Shown here one piece after another: positions 1-8,570 of a DNA stretch of 64,000 bases. The notes beneath the pieces were generated by a model. That model was not told the DNA's origin. It did not search any database and saw nothing but the letters and a program-made list of their open reading frames with translations. Location of the stretch: IMG/VR virus record IMGVR_UViG_3300044997_001052, one strand, 5' to 3'. Each line of letters opens with the position of its first letter. The stretch's first letter is position 1. The position numbers and the translations under genes are program-made. The DNA comes from an uncultured virus (IMG/VR IMGVR_UViG_3300044997_001052). Lineage: Duplodnaviria; Heunggongvirae; Uroviricota; Caudoviricetes.

Positions 1-33
1 TTGTTCTACTTTAACATAATTAAATAAGCCCAT
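1..33 (-). CDS. hypothetical protein, 5' part only (runs off window)
   Basis: ATG at 33 gives MGLFNYVKVEQ, open to the edge, just downstream of the 43..312 gene. Confidence 0.4.
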   Translation of the reverse strand, partial: MGLFNYVKVEQ

Positions 34-42
34 ATTAGTATA

Positions 43-312
43 CTATTCTAAATTATTTTCTTTGTCAAACTTAAATTTTTGACATCCTTGATGTTCAAAA
101 GTCAATAATCCGTATCTGTGACTATTCTTATTAGAGCATACGCCCCAATCGTTGCCTAGTTCTCCTTTTAATTCAAGATAATATTTGCATCCCATAGAGC
201 AATCTGGATATTCTGCTTCTGGATTTGCCCATCTTTCTACTTCTCCAAAAGGCTTGTAATCTTCGGGCAATCTTTTAACGATCTGCAATAAATAGTCGTG
301 ATTAATTTGCAT
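43..312 (-). CDS. small Cys-rich protein, DUF3027-like
   Basis: DCSMGCKYY..L.GELG.DWGVCSN...GLLTFEHQGC pattern. Confidence 0.55.
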   Translation of the reverse strand: MQINHDYLLQIVKRLPEDYKPFGEVERWANPEAEYPDCSMGCKYYLELKGELGNDWGVCSNKNSHRYGLLTFEHQGCQKFKFDKENNLE

Positions 313-958
313 ATATTAGTTTAATTTCTTCTTTATTTATTACAACAAAAGAACATCTTTGTTCACAAAAACTTCCTGTATTGATGCATTTATTATCTTG
401 ATCTGGTATATGACTATGACCATATATAACTTTATCGTATCCATTTTCATTAATATATTTCAAAGCGTTATGTTTTATTTTACCGCTTTTTTCTATGAAA
501 TTTTTAGTATGATGTTTAAATATATCAAAAAATATTTCTCCTACTATTGTTTTCCTAGCTAAATAATAGAGTTTAATTATAAGATTGCTAATCCATTTAT
601 ACTTTGTAAAATAAATATCGAATATATCTCCGTGAACTATTAAAATTTTTTCACCATTTAATTCTATTTCTAGCTCATCTCTGCAATCAAAACCTAAAAG
701 AATACTCATAAACTCTGAATTTAGAAAACAATGATTTCCTATTAAATAAATTATTTTTGATTTCTTGCTTAATTTTCTTAATTGTGATAATACTTTCCAA
801 TGAAATTTTTTAAGACGCTTTAAGTTATGATGGTCAAAAAGATCGCCAGCTATAATAATATTTTTAGCTTTATATTTTTTTAATACCTTTAATAAGGTTT
901 CTGCTTTGCAATACTTGTCGCCAAGATGAATGTCGGATATAATAAGATATTTATTCAT
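302..958 (-). CDS. calcineurin-like metallophosphoesterase (LpxH/UDP-2,3-diacylglucosamine hydrolase-like)
   Basis: SDIHLG, GDLFD, GNH, HGD, GHSH motifs. Confidence 0.85.
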   Translation of the reverse strand: MNKYLIISDIHLGDKYCKAETLLKVLKKYKAKNIIIAGDLFDHHNLKRLKKFHWKVLSQLRKLSKKSKIIYLIGNHCFLNSEFMSILLGFDCRDELEIELNGEKILIVHGDIFDIYFTKYKWISNLIIKLYYLARKTIVGEIFFDIFKHHTKNFIEKSGKIKHNALKYINENGYDKVIYGHSHIPDQDNKCINTGSFCEQRCSFVVINKEEIKLIYAN

Positions 959-1325
959 TTTTGTATTCTTTTATATATTTAATTATATCTTTATACTTAT
1001 TAAATTCGCAATTTTGTCTGCCTAAATTTGCAAGTCTGCAACAAATAATAATATTATCTTTTGTATAACCTTTATTATTATCTATTCTATCTGCACTCAT
1101 AGATAGTAGGTTGCCTTTTTCTAAAACAGAATTAATATCAATAGGAATATCAAACCAAAAACATTTTCCATTTTGTTTGTTATATATTTCTTTTAAATCT
1201 TCTGTTGAAATATTAACCTCTAATTCGATTCCTTTTCTTTTGAAGGTCATAGCTTTCGCTCTCCGACCAGAGATAGTGACATTATGTAATAATTTTTTCC
1301 AAGGACATTTAGGATAAGTTGGCAA
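951..1325 (-). CDS. HNH/His-Me finger endonuclease-like protein
   Basis: Q.GKC...S.DRIDNNKGYTKDNI..CC..AN motif typical of phage HNH-like proteins. Confidence 0.6.
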   Translation of the reverse strand: MPTYPKCPWKKLLHNVTISGRRAKAMTFKRKGIELEVNISTEDLKEIYNKQNGKCFWFDIPIDINSVLEKGNLLSMSADRIDNNKGYTKDNIIICCRLANLGRQNCEFNKYKDIIKYIKEYKNE

Positions 1326-2211
1326 AAGATTTCTCCTTCATTTTTAATTCAAAATCTATATCTACACTATGTCCGTATGTATTGGGCAAACGAGTAGCAT
1401 AATCAGCGTGTTTGCGTGGATTTTTCTGCCCAACAATGCTTTCTGAATAGTGAAATAGTGGAGTATGATTACCCCAAGTAATTCGTGCAAGATGAAATGC
1501 TTGTTCTTCTGATAGATTATCTGGATGACATTTATGATGAAGATAATCAAAAGTAATAGGAATATTAGATACAGAATGAAAATATTTGATAAGTTTTTTA
1601 ACCGACCAACAAGTATCTTTATCGTCATTCTCGATAACTAATCTAGATTTAACATCTTCTGAAAGTCTATCGAAGTTGTTCATAAACTTTTTAACTACAT
1701 TATTTAAATTGCCTTTTGCATTATGTATGTGCATATTCATAGGTGCATCATAATTAAGTGGGCAACCAATTTGAGTCATAAACCAACCATAGTGATTCAA
1801 TTCTTTGATTGTTTTATCTACTGCATTATCATTATCACTAGCAAGAACATTAAATTCGCTAGGATGACAAGAGATACGAACATTGGTAGATTGTATTAGC
1901 TTTTTGATACTATTAAATGATGCTAGGATTCTATTATAGTCTGGTAAATCTTGTAATGATACATTAGCTTTGTCATAAGTAATAAGAGGAAATAGGTCAG
2001 AAGAAAGTCTGTATGTATGATTATGGTCAGCACAATATTTAATATATTGATATGTAACAATCATATTATTTAAGATTCTAGAAGAAAGAGTAGATAACGC
2101 TTCTCCTCTGCTCATAGTAGAGAAACGAGCATAAGTCATAGTATTGAACTTAATAGGCTCGTCTCTCTCTGCTAGAGACAAGACAATACAGCAAATACCT
2201 TTTCGGCTCAT
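1309..2211 (-). CDS. uvsE: UV damage endonuclease UvsE/UVDE
   Basis: YRLSSDLFP, RISCHP..F.VL, IENDD, FDYLHH, HYSES, HADY, ELKMKE motifs. Confidence 0.92.
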   Translation of the reverse strand: MSRKGICCIVLSLAERDEPIKFNTMTYARFSTMSRGEALSTLSSRILNNMIVTYQYIKYCADHNHTYRLSSDLFPLITYDKANVSLQDLPDYNRILASFNSIKKLIQSTNVRISCHPSEFNVLASDNDNAVDKTIKELNHYGWFMTQIGCPLNYDAPMNMHIHNAKGNLNNVVKKFMNNFDRLSEDVKSRLVIENDDKDTCWSVKKLIKYFHSVSNIPITFDYLHHKCHPDNLSEEQAFHLARITWGNHTPLFHYSESIVGQKNPRKHADYATRLPNTYGHSVDIDFELKMKEKSFANLS

Positions 2212-2217
2212 ACTACC

Positions 2218-2246
2218 ATCTTAATCAAATATACAGCAATAGTCAA
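2218..2246 (-). promoter_or_regulatory. sigma70-like promoter for uvsE operon
   Basis: TTGACT-N17-TAAGAT, ATG 6 nt after the -10. Confidence 0.7.
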
Positions 2247-2257
2247 GAGCTTAAAAA

Positions 2258-2434
2258 TTATCTGTAAATATATGTAGATGAACCATTTTGCTTTTTTAAT
2301 TCTTTTTTAATCAACGACTTTTGCTTTTCTTCCGACCAGTTTATCGTATCATAGTTTTCTTTAAACCTGTCAGAAAAACAATTTCTTGGTAAATCACCTT
2401 TTCCAGCCCCTTTATTCGGCGTTTTTTCGTTCAC
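2258..2434 (-). CDS. small hypothetical protein (58 aa, not in ORF track)
   Basis: GTG start; MNEKTPNKGAGKGDLPRNCFSDRFKENYDTINW..., GKGD.PR..F.ENYD.I pattern resembling small phage proteins. Confidence 0.6.
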   Translation of the reverse strand: MNEKTPNKGAGKGDLPRNCFSDRFKENYDTINWSEEKQKSLIKKELKKQNGSSTYIYR

Positions 2435-2543
2435 AAATATTGCTCTTTATTTGGCATTTTCGTGTTAGCAAATATGACTTTATTTGCAAAAATCCTGTTA
2501 GCAAATATGAGTTTATATTTGCAAATTTTTGGTTAGCAAATAT
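2411..2543. repeat. tandem array of four 30-bp imperfect palindromic sites
   Basis: units at 2411, 2446, 2479, 2514; consensus TWTATTTG-N10-GTTAGCAAATAT; first unit most degenerate. Confidence 0.85.
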
Positions 2544-2836
2544 TATTTTTTAAAGTCGCCTAAATCACGATCAAAAGAAAATTTTCCAGGTTTTTCTACA
2601 AAATCAGAATAAGCTTCTTCTGTGCATCCTGCCATCTCAGTAAATGGAGATACTACTGCAAAAATTGCAAATGCACCTATTGTAGCTGCTATTGAGATTG
2701 GGCGAACAACCGCTAGATCTCCTGCCGATAGAAAACTATCCGCTACTGGAGTGGATTCTGATTGAGTTCCAGAATCAGCTAAACCTAAAGAGGTAAAAAA
2801 TAATGCTATTAATGCTAGAGTTTTAATTTTATTCAT
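2543..2836 (-). CDS. small exported/membrane protein
   Basis: N-terminal signal peptide (MNKIKTLALIALFFTSLGLA), hydrophobic segment, D..VVRP and F.R.LG motifs. Confidence 0.75.
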   Translation of the reverse strand: MNKIKTLALIALFFTSLGLADSGTQSESTPVADSFLSAGDLAVVRPISIAATIGAFAIFAVVSPFTEMAGCTEEAYSDFVEKPGKFSFDRDLGDFKK

Positions 2837-2844
2837 ATTATTAT

Positions 2845-2873
2845 ATTATAATCATATATTATACCTTTGTCAA
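2845..2873 (-). promoter_or_regulatory. consensus sigma70 promoter
   Basis: perfect TTGACA-N17-TATAAT, ATG 8 nt after the -10. Confidence 0.85.
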
Positions 2874-2876
2874 GTA

Positions 2877-2906
2877 TATATTTGGCATTTTTTAGTTAGT
2901 AAATAT
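2877..2906. repeat. fifth copy of the 30-bp palindromic site
   Basis: TATATTTGGCATTTTTTAGTTAGTAAATAT aligns without gaps to the units at 2446-2543. Confidence 0.8.
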
Positions 2907-2967
2907 AGATTTACTTTTGAGGTATAAAATTAACAAGTGCTTCATCCCCATAGACTTTAAAAGATTT

Positions 2968-3582
2968 TCATTTTAACCAAACAGATGTAGGATTATAAGC
3001 TTCTGTATCAAGAAAGTCCCAAACCTGCCATTCTTTGTTTCCTTTTGTATAATTAATTATATTAGAAAGAAAAGCTTGTAAATCTTCAATATGCCAAACA
3101 TCATCAAGAAGTTTCTTACCAAGATATCTAGACTGATGAGCAACATGATCTGCATAGCTGTATGCAAAAGCAGAGAATGGAGGTAGTACACATCCCATAG
3201 AACAAAGAACTCCTTGCATACGAGAAGCAACTTCTTTTCCACCAACAGAATGCATTGTAACAATTACTCCTGCTGGTTTACCAAGAAGATGTTTTTTTCC
3301 CTCAATCTCTGTCATCTTTTCAAAAAGTTGTTGCATATTTGAACCCCAACTATCCCAATATGTTCCTGTGCAAAAAATAAGAGCATCACTTCCTTTTATG
3401 ATATGTCTAACTTTTGGCCAATAAAAATCTTTATGAAGATGAAGAATTTTGATCTTTATATTTGAATCAATTTTATTAATTTTTTTTTTTATTTTTTTAA
3501 TAAGAGATCCGGTATTACCATTTTTACCACCAATAGAGCCGTTAATTATAGTAAGAGTTATTTTCTTTTCTGGCAAGTTCAT
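2968..3582 (-). CDS. NADPH-dependent FMN reductase / flavodoxin-like protein
   Basis: INGS..G..GNT, SDALIFCTGTYW, GKPAGVIVT..SVGG. Confidence 0.8.
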   Translation of the reverse strand: MNLPEKKITLTIINGSIGGKNGNTGSLIKKIKKKINKIDSNIKIKILHLHKDFYWPKVRHIIKGSDALIFCTGTYWDSWGSNMQQLFEKMTEIEGKKHLLGKPAGVIVTMHSVGGKEVASRMQGVLCSMGCVLPPFSAFAYSYADHVAHQSRYLGKKLLDDVWHIEDLQAFLSNIINYTKGNKEWQVWDFLDTEAYNPTSVWLK

Positions 3583-3835
3583 CTATATAATCCTTTATTA
3601 TATTATATACTCTTACTTCTTCTGGATTAGCTTCTCTTTCAACTTCATTAAAATTATAAAATATATATTCTTTTAGTTGATGATGTTTAAATCTATGTAT
3701 GCCTTTTCTGTCGTCATCTCTAACAAAAATATACCTAAATGGAAGTATTTCATTTTTAAGTTTATAAAGATTACCATATTTGGGTAAGAGTGGTTTACTT
3801 TTATCAAGAAAATTTAATATCTTTTTAAATATCAT
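3542..3835 (-). CDS. hypothetical protein
   Basis: 97 aa ORF in a tightly packed minus-strand operon. Confidence 0.6.
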   Translation of the reverse strand: MIFKKILNFLDKSKPLLPKYGNLYKLKNEILPFRYIFVRDDDRKGIHRFKHHQLKEYIFYNFNEVEREANPEEVRVYNIIKDYIDELARKENNSYYN

Positions 3836-4035
3836 AACACTCCAAAAACCTTAAGCATAACAATAGAAGAAACAATACCGCCGATTAAACTGCTACAGGT
3901 TCTAATTATTTCTAATTTATGATTATGATGATCTACCCATATTTCAAATGAATCTCTTAATTTACCTTTCGCAAGAAGTTTTTTTCTTTGCTTTTTTGTT
4001 AATTTAAGATTCGAGATATCTTTTAATGTTATCAT
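3832..4035 (-). CDS. small protein with C-terminal membrane anchor
   Basis: ATGA overlaps with neighbours; hydrophobic C-terminus. Confidence 0.6.
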   Translation of the reverse strand: MITLKDISNLKLTKKQRKKLLAKGKLRDSFEIWVDHHNHKLEIIRTCSSLIGGIVSSIVMLKVFGVL

Positions 4036-4679
4036 TTTTTAATTGCTCCCCAAATTCCCACAAAGGAACCAAAGTCTTCAAATAATTCTTGTTTATTTTT
4101 TACCTCTTCGTCTACTGCAACTTTTAATTCTTGAAAATCTGAAGCAGCTGGGTCTGGATAATCATGGCCAATCATTATGCCTCGTTTTTTTAATTTTGGA
4201 TACCAAGCAAGTATATCAGCTTTTACATTTTTATAATCATGAGCTGCATCAATAAAAATAATATCGCAGCTTTCATCTAAATGTAATTTTGCAATTTCAG
4301 TAGAAAACCCTTGCTCTATGTTTACTCTATCTAAAAAATTAAATTTCTGTAGATTATTCTTAAAGTCATTCAGTAGATTAGATGTATCTCGATCTTTATG
4401 TTCTTCGCTACCTTTCCAAGTGTCAACGCAATATATTTCAACATCAGAAGGTTCTGTAGCTAAACAAAAAACAGAAGCAGATTTACCTTTCCAACTGCCG
4501 ACTTCAACTAATTTTCCCTTTAAATGGGAAGCTACGGCATATAATGTATAAGCTTGATATGGCCAAAGCCACCCTTCGATTTGATTTATGCTTGTGTATA
4601 ATGCATCTAAGAAATTCCTATCGTATCTTTTTATGGTCTTTACATATTTATAAAAAATTCCTAACGATTCTTTATTCAT
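4032..4679 (-). CDS. class I SAM methyltransferase (Methyltransf_24-like)
   Basis: VEVGSWKGKS, VDTW.GS.EH, IFIDAAHDY, GHDY. Confidence 0.88.
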   Translation of the reverse strand: MNKESLGIFYKYVKTIKRYDRNFLDALYTSINQIEGWLWPYQAYTLYAVASHLKGKLVEVGSWKGKSASVFCLATEPSDVEIYCVDTWKGSEEHKDRDTSNLLNDFKNNLQKFNFLDRVNIEQGFSTEIAKLHLDESCDIIFIDAAHDYKNVKADILAWYPKLKKRGIMIGHDYPDPAASDFQELKVAVDEEVKNKQELFEDFGSFVGIWGAIKK

Positions 4680-4848
4680 GGTTATTATCTTTTGGTGATT
4701 TCCATAAAATATTTTTAAGGTCTAAATCAGAACTCCAAAGCATTAGTTTAGAGTATAATCCATATCCAAGGCCATTAAACCATTGCATAGTAGTTCTACT
4801 TATTATATCTCCTAAATAATAAAATAAATAAATTAAAAATAATCTCAT
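4672..4848 (-). CDS. small hypothetical protein (58 aa, not in ORF track)
   Basis: MRLFLIYLFYYLGDIISR...SKLMLWS..LD; fills the gap between purA and the methyltransferase. Confidence 0.55.
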   Translation of the reverse strand: MRLFLIYLFYYLGDIISRTTMQWFNGLGYGLYSKLMLWSSDLDLKNILWKSPKDNNHE

Positions 4849-4860
4849 AATCTATGATAT

Positions 4861-5853
4861 TCATATACTTTCTTTATTTCCAGAAAATATTATTTCTATT
4901 GGTTCATCTAATGTATGATTTAATTGATTTTTAATAAAAAATTGCATGGATTGAAAAGTGTTAAATTTATAAAGATTATTATTTTGAAATAGTTTGTATG
5001 TATGTATTTTTTCTAAAATATCACATTTATTGATAATAAGTTTTGTAACACCAGAGATTTTAATTGCATCAATTAGCCTATTTAAGTTTAACCAATTAGC
5101 GATTCTTTTTCTGCCAGTAGTTGAACCAAACTCTTGACCAGCTTCTATTAGCATATTTAGTTCATCATCTTCCCAAAGAGTTTCTGGAAATAATGGATCA
5201 ACACCACTTTTTGTATCATAAATTTTTGCAACACCTATAATTTCTCGAACTTTTTTAGGAGAAAATCCTAATGAACAAGCTGAGTATGGTAAAGTTTCAC
5301 TACTAGTAACATAAGGATAATCGCCATAATTAATATCTAACCAAAAACTTTGCGCTCCTTCACAAAGGATATTGCCATAGAGTTCGCCGTCCCAAAGATG
5401 CTTTTTATCAATATAATCTCTAGCGAGTTTACCAACTCTTAGCATTTTATCTCCATAAGCTGGAGCTATGCCTTGTCCTGTTGTGCCTAGTTTCTGTTTA
5501 AGAACTTGGAGGTCATATTGAATATGTTTTTCTGTAATAATATGAGTTTTAGGACTAATTTTAATTAAAGATGTATCGAAGCCTTCTTTTTTTAAGTAAT
5601 CTATTTCATCAAAAAATTTATCAACATTAACAACGCAATTAGGACCAATAATACTAAGTTTATTTTTAAATATTCCACATGGGATAATATGAGTTTTATA
5701 TTTTTTATCATTAATATATACTGTGTGCCCAGCGTTAGGGCCACCATTCCATCTACATACTATATCATAATTTTTGCTAATAGCATTACTTATTTTACCT
5801 TTACCCTCGTCACCCCATGCAAGACCAAAAATAATATCTACAGAGTTTATCAT
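4861..5853 (-). CDS. purA: adenylosuccinate synthetase (short form)
   Basis: WGDEGKGK, GGPNAGHT, GTTGQGIAPAY, EGAQ, YPYVTSS, EFGSTTGRKR, NKCD. Confidence 0.95.
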   Translation of the reverse strand: MINSVDIIFGLAWGDEGKGKISNAISKNYDIVCRWNGGPNAGHTVYINDKKYKTHIIPCGIFKNKLSIIGPNCVVNVDKFFDEIDYLKKEGFDTSLIKISPKTHIITEKHIQYDLQVLKQKLGTTGQGIAPAYGDKMLRVGKLARDYIDKKHLWDGELYGNILCEGAQSFWLDINYGDYPYVTSSETLPYSACSLGFSPKKVREIIGVAKIYDTKSGVDPLFPETLWEDDELNMLIEAGQEFGSTTGRKRIANWLNLNRLIDAIKISGVTKLIINKCDILEKIHTYKLFQNNNLYKFNTFQSMQFFIKNQLNHTLDEPIEIIFSGNKESI

Positions 5854-5864
5854 CAATAGATAAG

Positions 5865-5893
5865 ATTATATTCAAAATATAAATATAATACAA
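5865..5893 (-). promoter_or_regulatory. sigma70-like promoter for purA operon
   Basis: TTGTAT-N17-TATAAT. Confidence 0.55.
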
Positions 5894-5899
5894 GTGTAA
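5894..5899 (+). promoter_or_regulatory. GTGTAA motif (putative phage late promoter)
   Basis: 7 nt before ATG at 5907. Confidence 0.6.
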
Positions 5900-5906
5900 A
5901 TTATAT

Positions 5907-6884
5907 ATGTTTAAATATATACTAGGATTTTCTGCTTTTACTCTTGCTGGATGTGCTGCTTTCTTTTCGGTTAAAGGAATAGCTCTTCTTTTTGCCGCTA
6001 GTTTTTGGAGCGTAGCTCTTATGGCTGGAACTCTTGAATTAGCTAAATTAATATCGGCAAGCTATCTATATGGATACTGGAAAGACATAAATAAAATTAT
6101 TAAAAATTATATGTTAGCGGCGGTTATATTGTTAATGGCTATTACTAGTCTTGGCATATTTGGGTTTCTTTCTGACGCATTTCAAAGAAATTTTTCTCAG
6201 TATAGTTTAAATTTAAACAAAATAAATAGTCTGAAAAATCAACAAGCATTCATAAACTCTCAAATAGATTTTAATAAAAACAAATTAAAAGACCTTATAG
6301 AATTACAAAAAACATATCAATCTTCTCTTGACTCTGCAGTAAAACAAGATGTAACTACAACAAAAACAACTAGTGGCGGATTATTTTATTCTGGTAAAAC
6401 AGAGAAAGTTACAGATCAAAAATTATTAGATAGCAAAAATAAAATAGTAGAAACTTCTCAACAAAATATTAATTCTTTATTCTCTCAAATATCTACCGTT
6501 GGTTCTGATCTTCAAAATCAAGAAAAACAAAATTCAGATTTATCTCAAGAAATAATTAAACTAGAAAGCGACAACACAAAAGGCGAAATTGGAACATTCA
6601 AATTTGTAGCAGAAGCTTTTGGAGTAAATATACAAACTGCGGTTAGAATATTTATAATTTTAATTGTTATTGTTTTTGATCCTCTAGCTGTTTGTCTTGT
6701 TATTGTTTATAATTCTTTAACTAAAAAAGAAGAAAAAATAGAACAAAAAGAAACGATTAAAGAACAAAAAATAGAAAAAGTAATAGAAAAACCGATAGAA
6801 AAATTAAAAATTATATATAGAGATTTCAAAAGAGGCACTAAATCAAAACATAATCCAGATCTTGCAGATCCTAATATTTCTTAA
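5907..6884 (+). CDS. membrane protein with central coiled coil
   Basis: three N-terminal hydrophobic helices, long coiled coil, IVIVFDPLAV helix. Confidence 0.8.
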   Translation: MFKYILGFSAFTLAGCAAFFSVKGIALLFAASFWSVALMAGTLELAKLISASYLYGYWKDINKIIKNYMLAAVILLMAITSLGIFGFLSDAFQRNFSQYSLNLNKINSLKNQQAFINSQIDFNKNKLKDLIELQKTYQSSLDSAVKQDVTTTKTTSGGLFYSGKTEKVTDQKLLDSKNKIVETSQQNINSLFSQISTVGSDLQNQEKQNSDLSQEIIKLESDNTKGEIGTFKFVAEAFGVNIQTAVRIFIILIVIVFDPLAVCLVIVYNSLTKKEEKIEQKETIKEQKIEKVIEKPIEKLKIIYRDFKRGTKSKHNPDLADPNIS

Positions 6885-7068
6885 TTTTATAGTGTTTGTT
6901 GCTAGGATCTATTTTGAGAATATGAGCTTTAGCTTTAGAAAGACCATCTTCTGATGGCGGAAAAACTCCATGAAGGAAATTATCGTTTTTACTAAAAACA
7001 GCGTAATACTTATGTTTTAGTTTCTTCGGTTGATTTTTCTTGTTTTTGATCTTGATTTTCTTTTTCAT
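6871..7068 (-). CDS. small basic hypothetical protein
   Basis: 65 aa ORF downstream of 7010..7279. Confidence 0.5.
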   Translation of the reverse strand: MKKKIKIKNKKNQPKKLKHKYYAVFSKNDNFLHGVFPPSEDGLSKAKAHILKIDPSNKHYKIKKY

Positions 7069-7279
7069 TGGCCAATTTCATTAAATGCTCTTTTAAGGTA
7101 TCTCTTGCTTTATCGCAAAAATCTTGCTCCATTTGACCGCAGCAATGTTTGAATTTTTTTCTTGTATACGGACAAATTGTATTTCTTGGTATTTTTGGAT
7201 ATATCCTTACTATAGGGCTAAATTCAGTAGCTCTAGCGTATTCTATCGATGTTAATTTATCTATGCTTTCTTTGTCCAT
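7010..7279 (-). CDS. SEC-C-like motif protein
   Basis: PRNTICPYTRKKFKHCCG resembles SEC-C (RNDPCPCGSGKKYKKCCG). Confidence 0.65.
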   Translation of the reverse strand: MDKESIDKLTSIEYARATEFSPIVRIYPKIPRNTICPYTRKKFKHCCGQMEQDFCDKARDTLKEHLMKLANEKENQDQKQEKSTEETKT

Positions 7280-7284
7280 GTTAT

Positions 7285-7313
7285 ATTATAATGCAATATT
7301 ATCCATTAATCAA
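7285..7313 (-). promoter_or_regulatory. sigma70-like promoter
   Basis: TTGATT-N17-TATAAT, ATG 5 nt after the -10. Confidence 0.65.
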
Positions 7314-8422
7314 GTCTTTCCGTGAGCAAATCCTTCGTACATACTGTTGGGGCTATTTCTTACGGCTTGAATTTTATTAGTCCATAAGCCCCCCCTCATA
7401 TCCTTAAGATTTCTAAAACCAAGATAACTCATAGAACTTCTTAAACCATTAACAAAATCATACACCACATCTTCTATCGTTTTATTTTCTATAATAGGTA
7501 TTAGGGTATTGTCTCCTTCTACGAAAAGATTTTTCTTTGAACCATCGTATAATTCGTAGTCCTCTACAACATCTTTGCTTGCCATGCCTCTATATTTAGC
7601 AAATATTTTTCCGTCTTTTTCAACAACATCTTCTTTATCGACTATATCTAATAGTCCCGCGAAAATTCTTCCGCATATAACCGCATCACAACCACTCGCT
7701 ATAGCTTTCGCAAGATCTTTAGGATATCTAATCCCTCCATCGGTTAAAATGCTTGGTCTATTAGATGGGTCTGGCTCACTCGAACTAAATAAATCTACTT
7801 GAGCTAATTCCCAATTTCTAACAGCTTTCCAAGCGTAATAATTACCAGTAACACTTGGACATCCTATACCAGTTTTTACTTGGGTTAAACACATGCTTCC
7901 TGGACCAATAAGATGTCTAAACCCATCGGCTTTTAGATTCGCTAATCTATAAACGCTCTGTTTTGTTAAGGTATTTCCCACGATAATATCTTGAATAAAA
8001 CCCGAAGTTTTATACCATCTTAAAAAGTCTTCAACATTTTTTGTTAAACCATTAGCTGTATCAAGAAAGTATATGTTTGTGTATTTACTTGTGGCGAATA
8101 TTCTTTCTTCACAATCCTTTAATCCTATAGCTGTAATACAAAAACCACTTTCATCTTTAATTTTTTTAGTTTTTGCCGTTTGATCTTCTATGCTCATAAA
8201 TCTATGCATAACTCCCGCTGCTCCTAATTTATTCATTTTAATACAAGATTTAACAGAAGATACAGTGTCCATTGGAGACAATATAATTGGAATATCAATA
8301 ATGTTATTTTTAGATATCTTGGTTTCTGTATTAATTTCTTTTCTTGAATTTATATCCGAAAAATTTGGTAAGAGAGAGATATCATCATAACTTAGAGCTT
8401 CTTTAAATTCTTGTTTTTGCAT
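7310..8422 (-). CDS. guaB: IMP dehydrogenase / GMP reductase family protein without CBS domains
   Basis: SPMDTV, IGPGSMCLT (catalytic Cys), DGGIR..DLAKA, YRGMAS, VEG; GuaC activity not excluded. Confidence 0.85.
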   Translation of the reverse strand: MQKQEFKEALSYDDISLLPNFSDINSRKEINTETKISKNNIIDIPIILSPMDTVSSVKSCIKMNKLGAAGVMHRFMSIEDQTAKTKKIKDESGFCITAIGLKDCEERIFATSKYTNIYFLDTANGLTKNVEDFLRWYKTSGFIQDIIVGNTLTKQSVYRLANLKADGFRHLIGPGSMCLTQVKTGIGCPSVTGNYYAWKAVRNWELAQVDLFSSSEPDPSNRPSILTDGGIRYPKDLAKAIASGCDAVICGRIFAGLLDIVDKEDVVEKDGKIFAKYRGMASKDVVEDYELYDGSKKNLFVEGDNTLIPIIENKTIEDVVYDFVNGLRSSMSYLGFRNLKDMRGGLWTNKIQAVRNSPNSMYEGFAHGKT

Positions 8423-8429
8423 ATTTTAT

Positions 8430-8458
8430 ATACTAATATAAATTTTAAAAGAAATCAA
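8430..8458 (-). promoter_or_regulatory. sigma70-like promoter
   Basis: TTGATT-N17-TAGTAT, ATG 7 nt downstream. Confidence 0.55.
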
Positions 8459-8466
8459 GAGTAATC

Positions 8467-8495
8467 TTGACTAAAACAATAAACTAGTATAATAT
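8467..8495 (+). promoter_or_regulatory. sigma70-like promoter (divergent)
   Basis: TTGACT-N17-TAATAT with overlapping TATAAT, ATG at 8502. Confidence 0.6.
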
Positions 8496-8501
8496 CTTCC
8501 T

Positions 8502-8570
8502 ATGGATCAAACCTTTCTGCAAATTTTAGCGGGACTTGTAATTGCAATATATTGGCATATTAAAAAATGA
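8502..8570 (+). CDS. 22-aa single-pass membrane peptide
   Basis: MDQTFLQILAGLVIAIYWHIKK; starts right after the promoter, stop overlaps next ATG (ATGA). Confidence 0.55.
   Translation: MDQTFLQILAGLVIAIYWHIKK

Noticed and set aside
2411..2543. CRISPR array
   Set aside because: Units are separated by only 3-5 nt, so there are no spacers; no cas operon
3480..3498. Phase-variable poly-A tract in the FMN reductase gene (also the T run in thyX near 35857)
   Set aside because: Both genes are in frame and such runs are expected in very AT-rich DNA
4861..5853. PurZ (2-aminoadenine, Z-genome) pathway
   Set aside because: The catalytic motif is GDEGKG with Asp as in canonical PurA, not the Ser of PurZ; no datZ/mazZ recognised in the window
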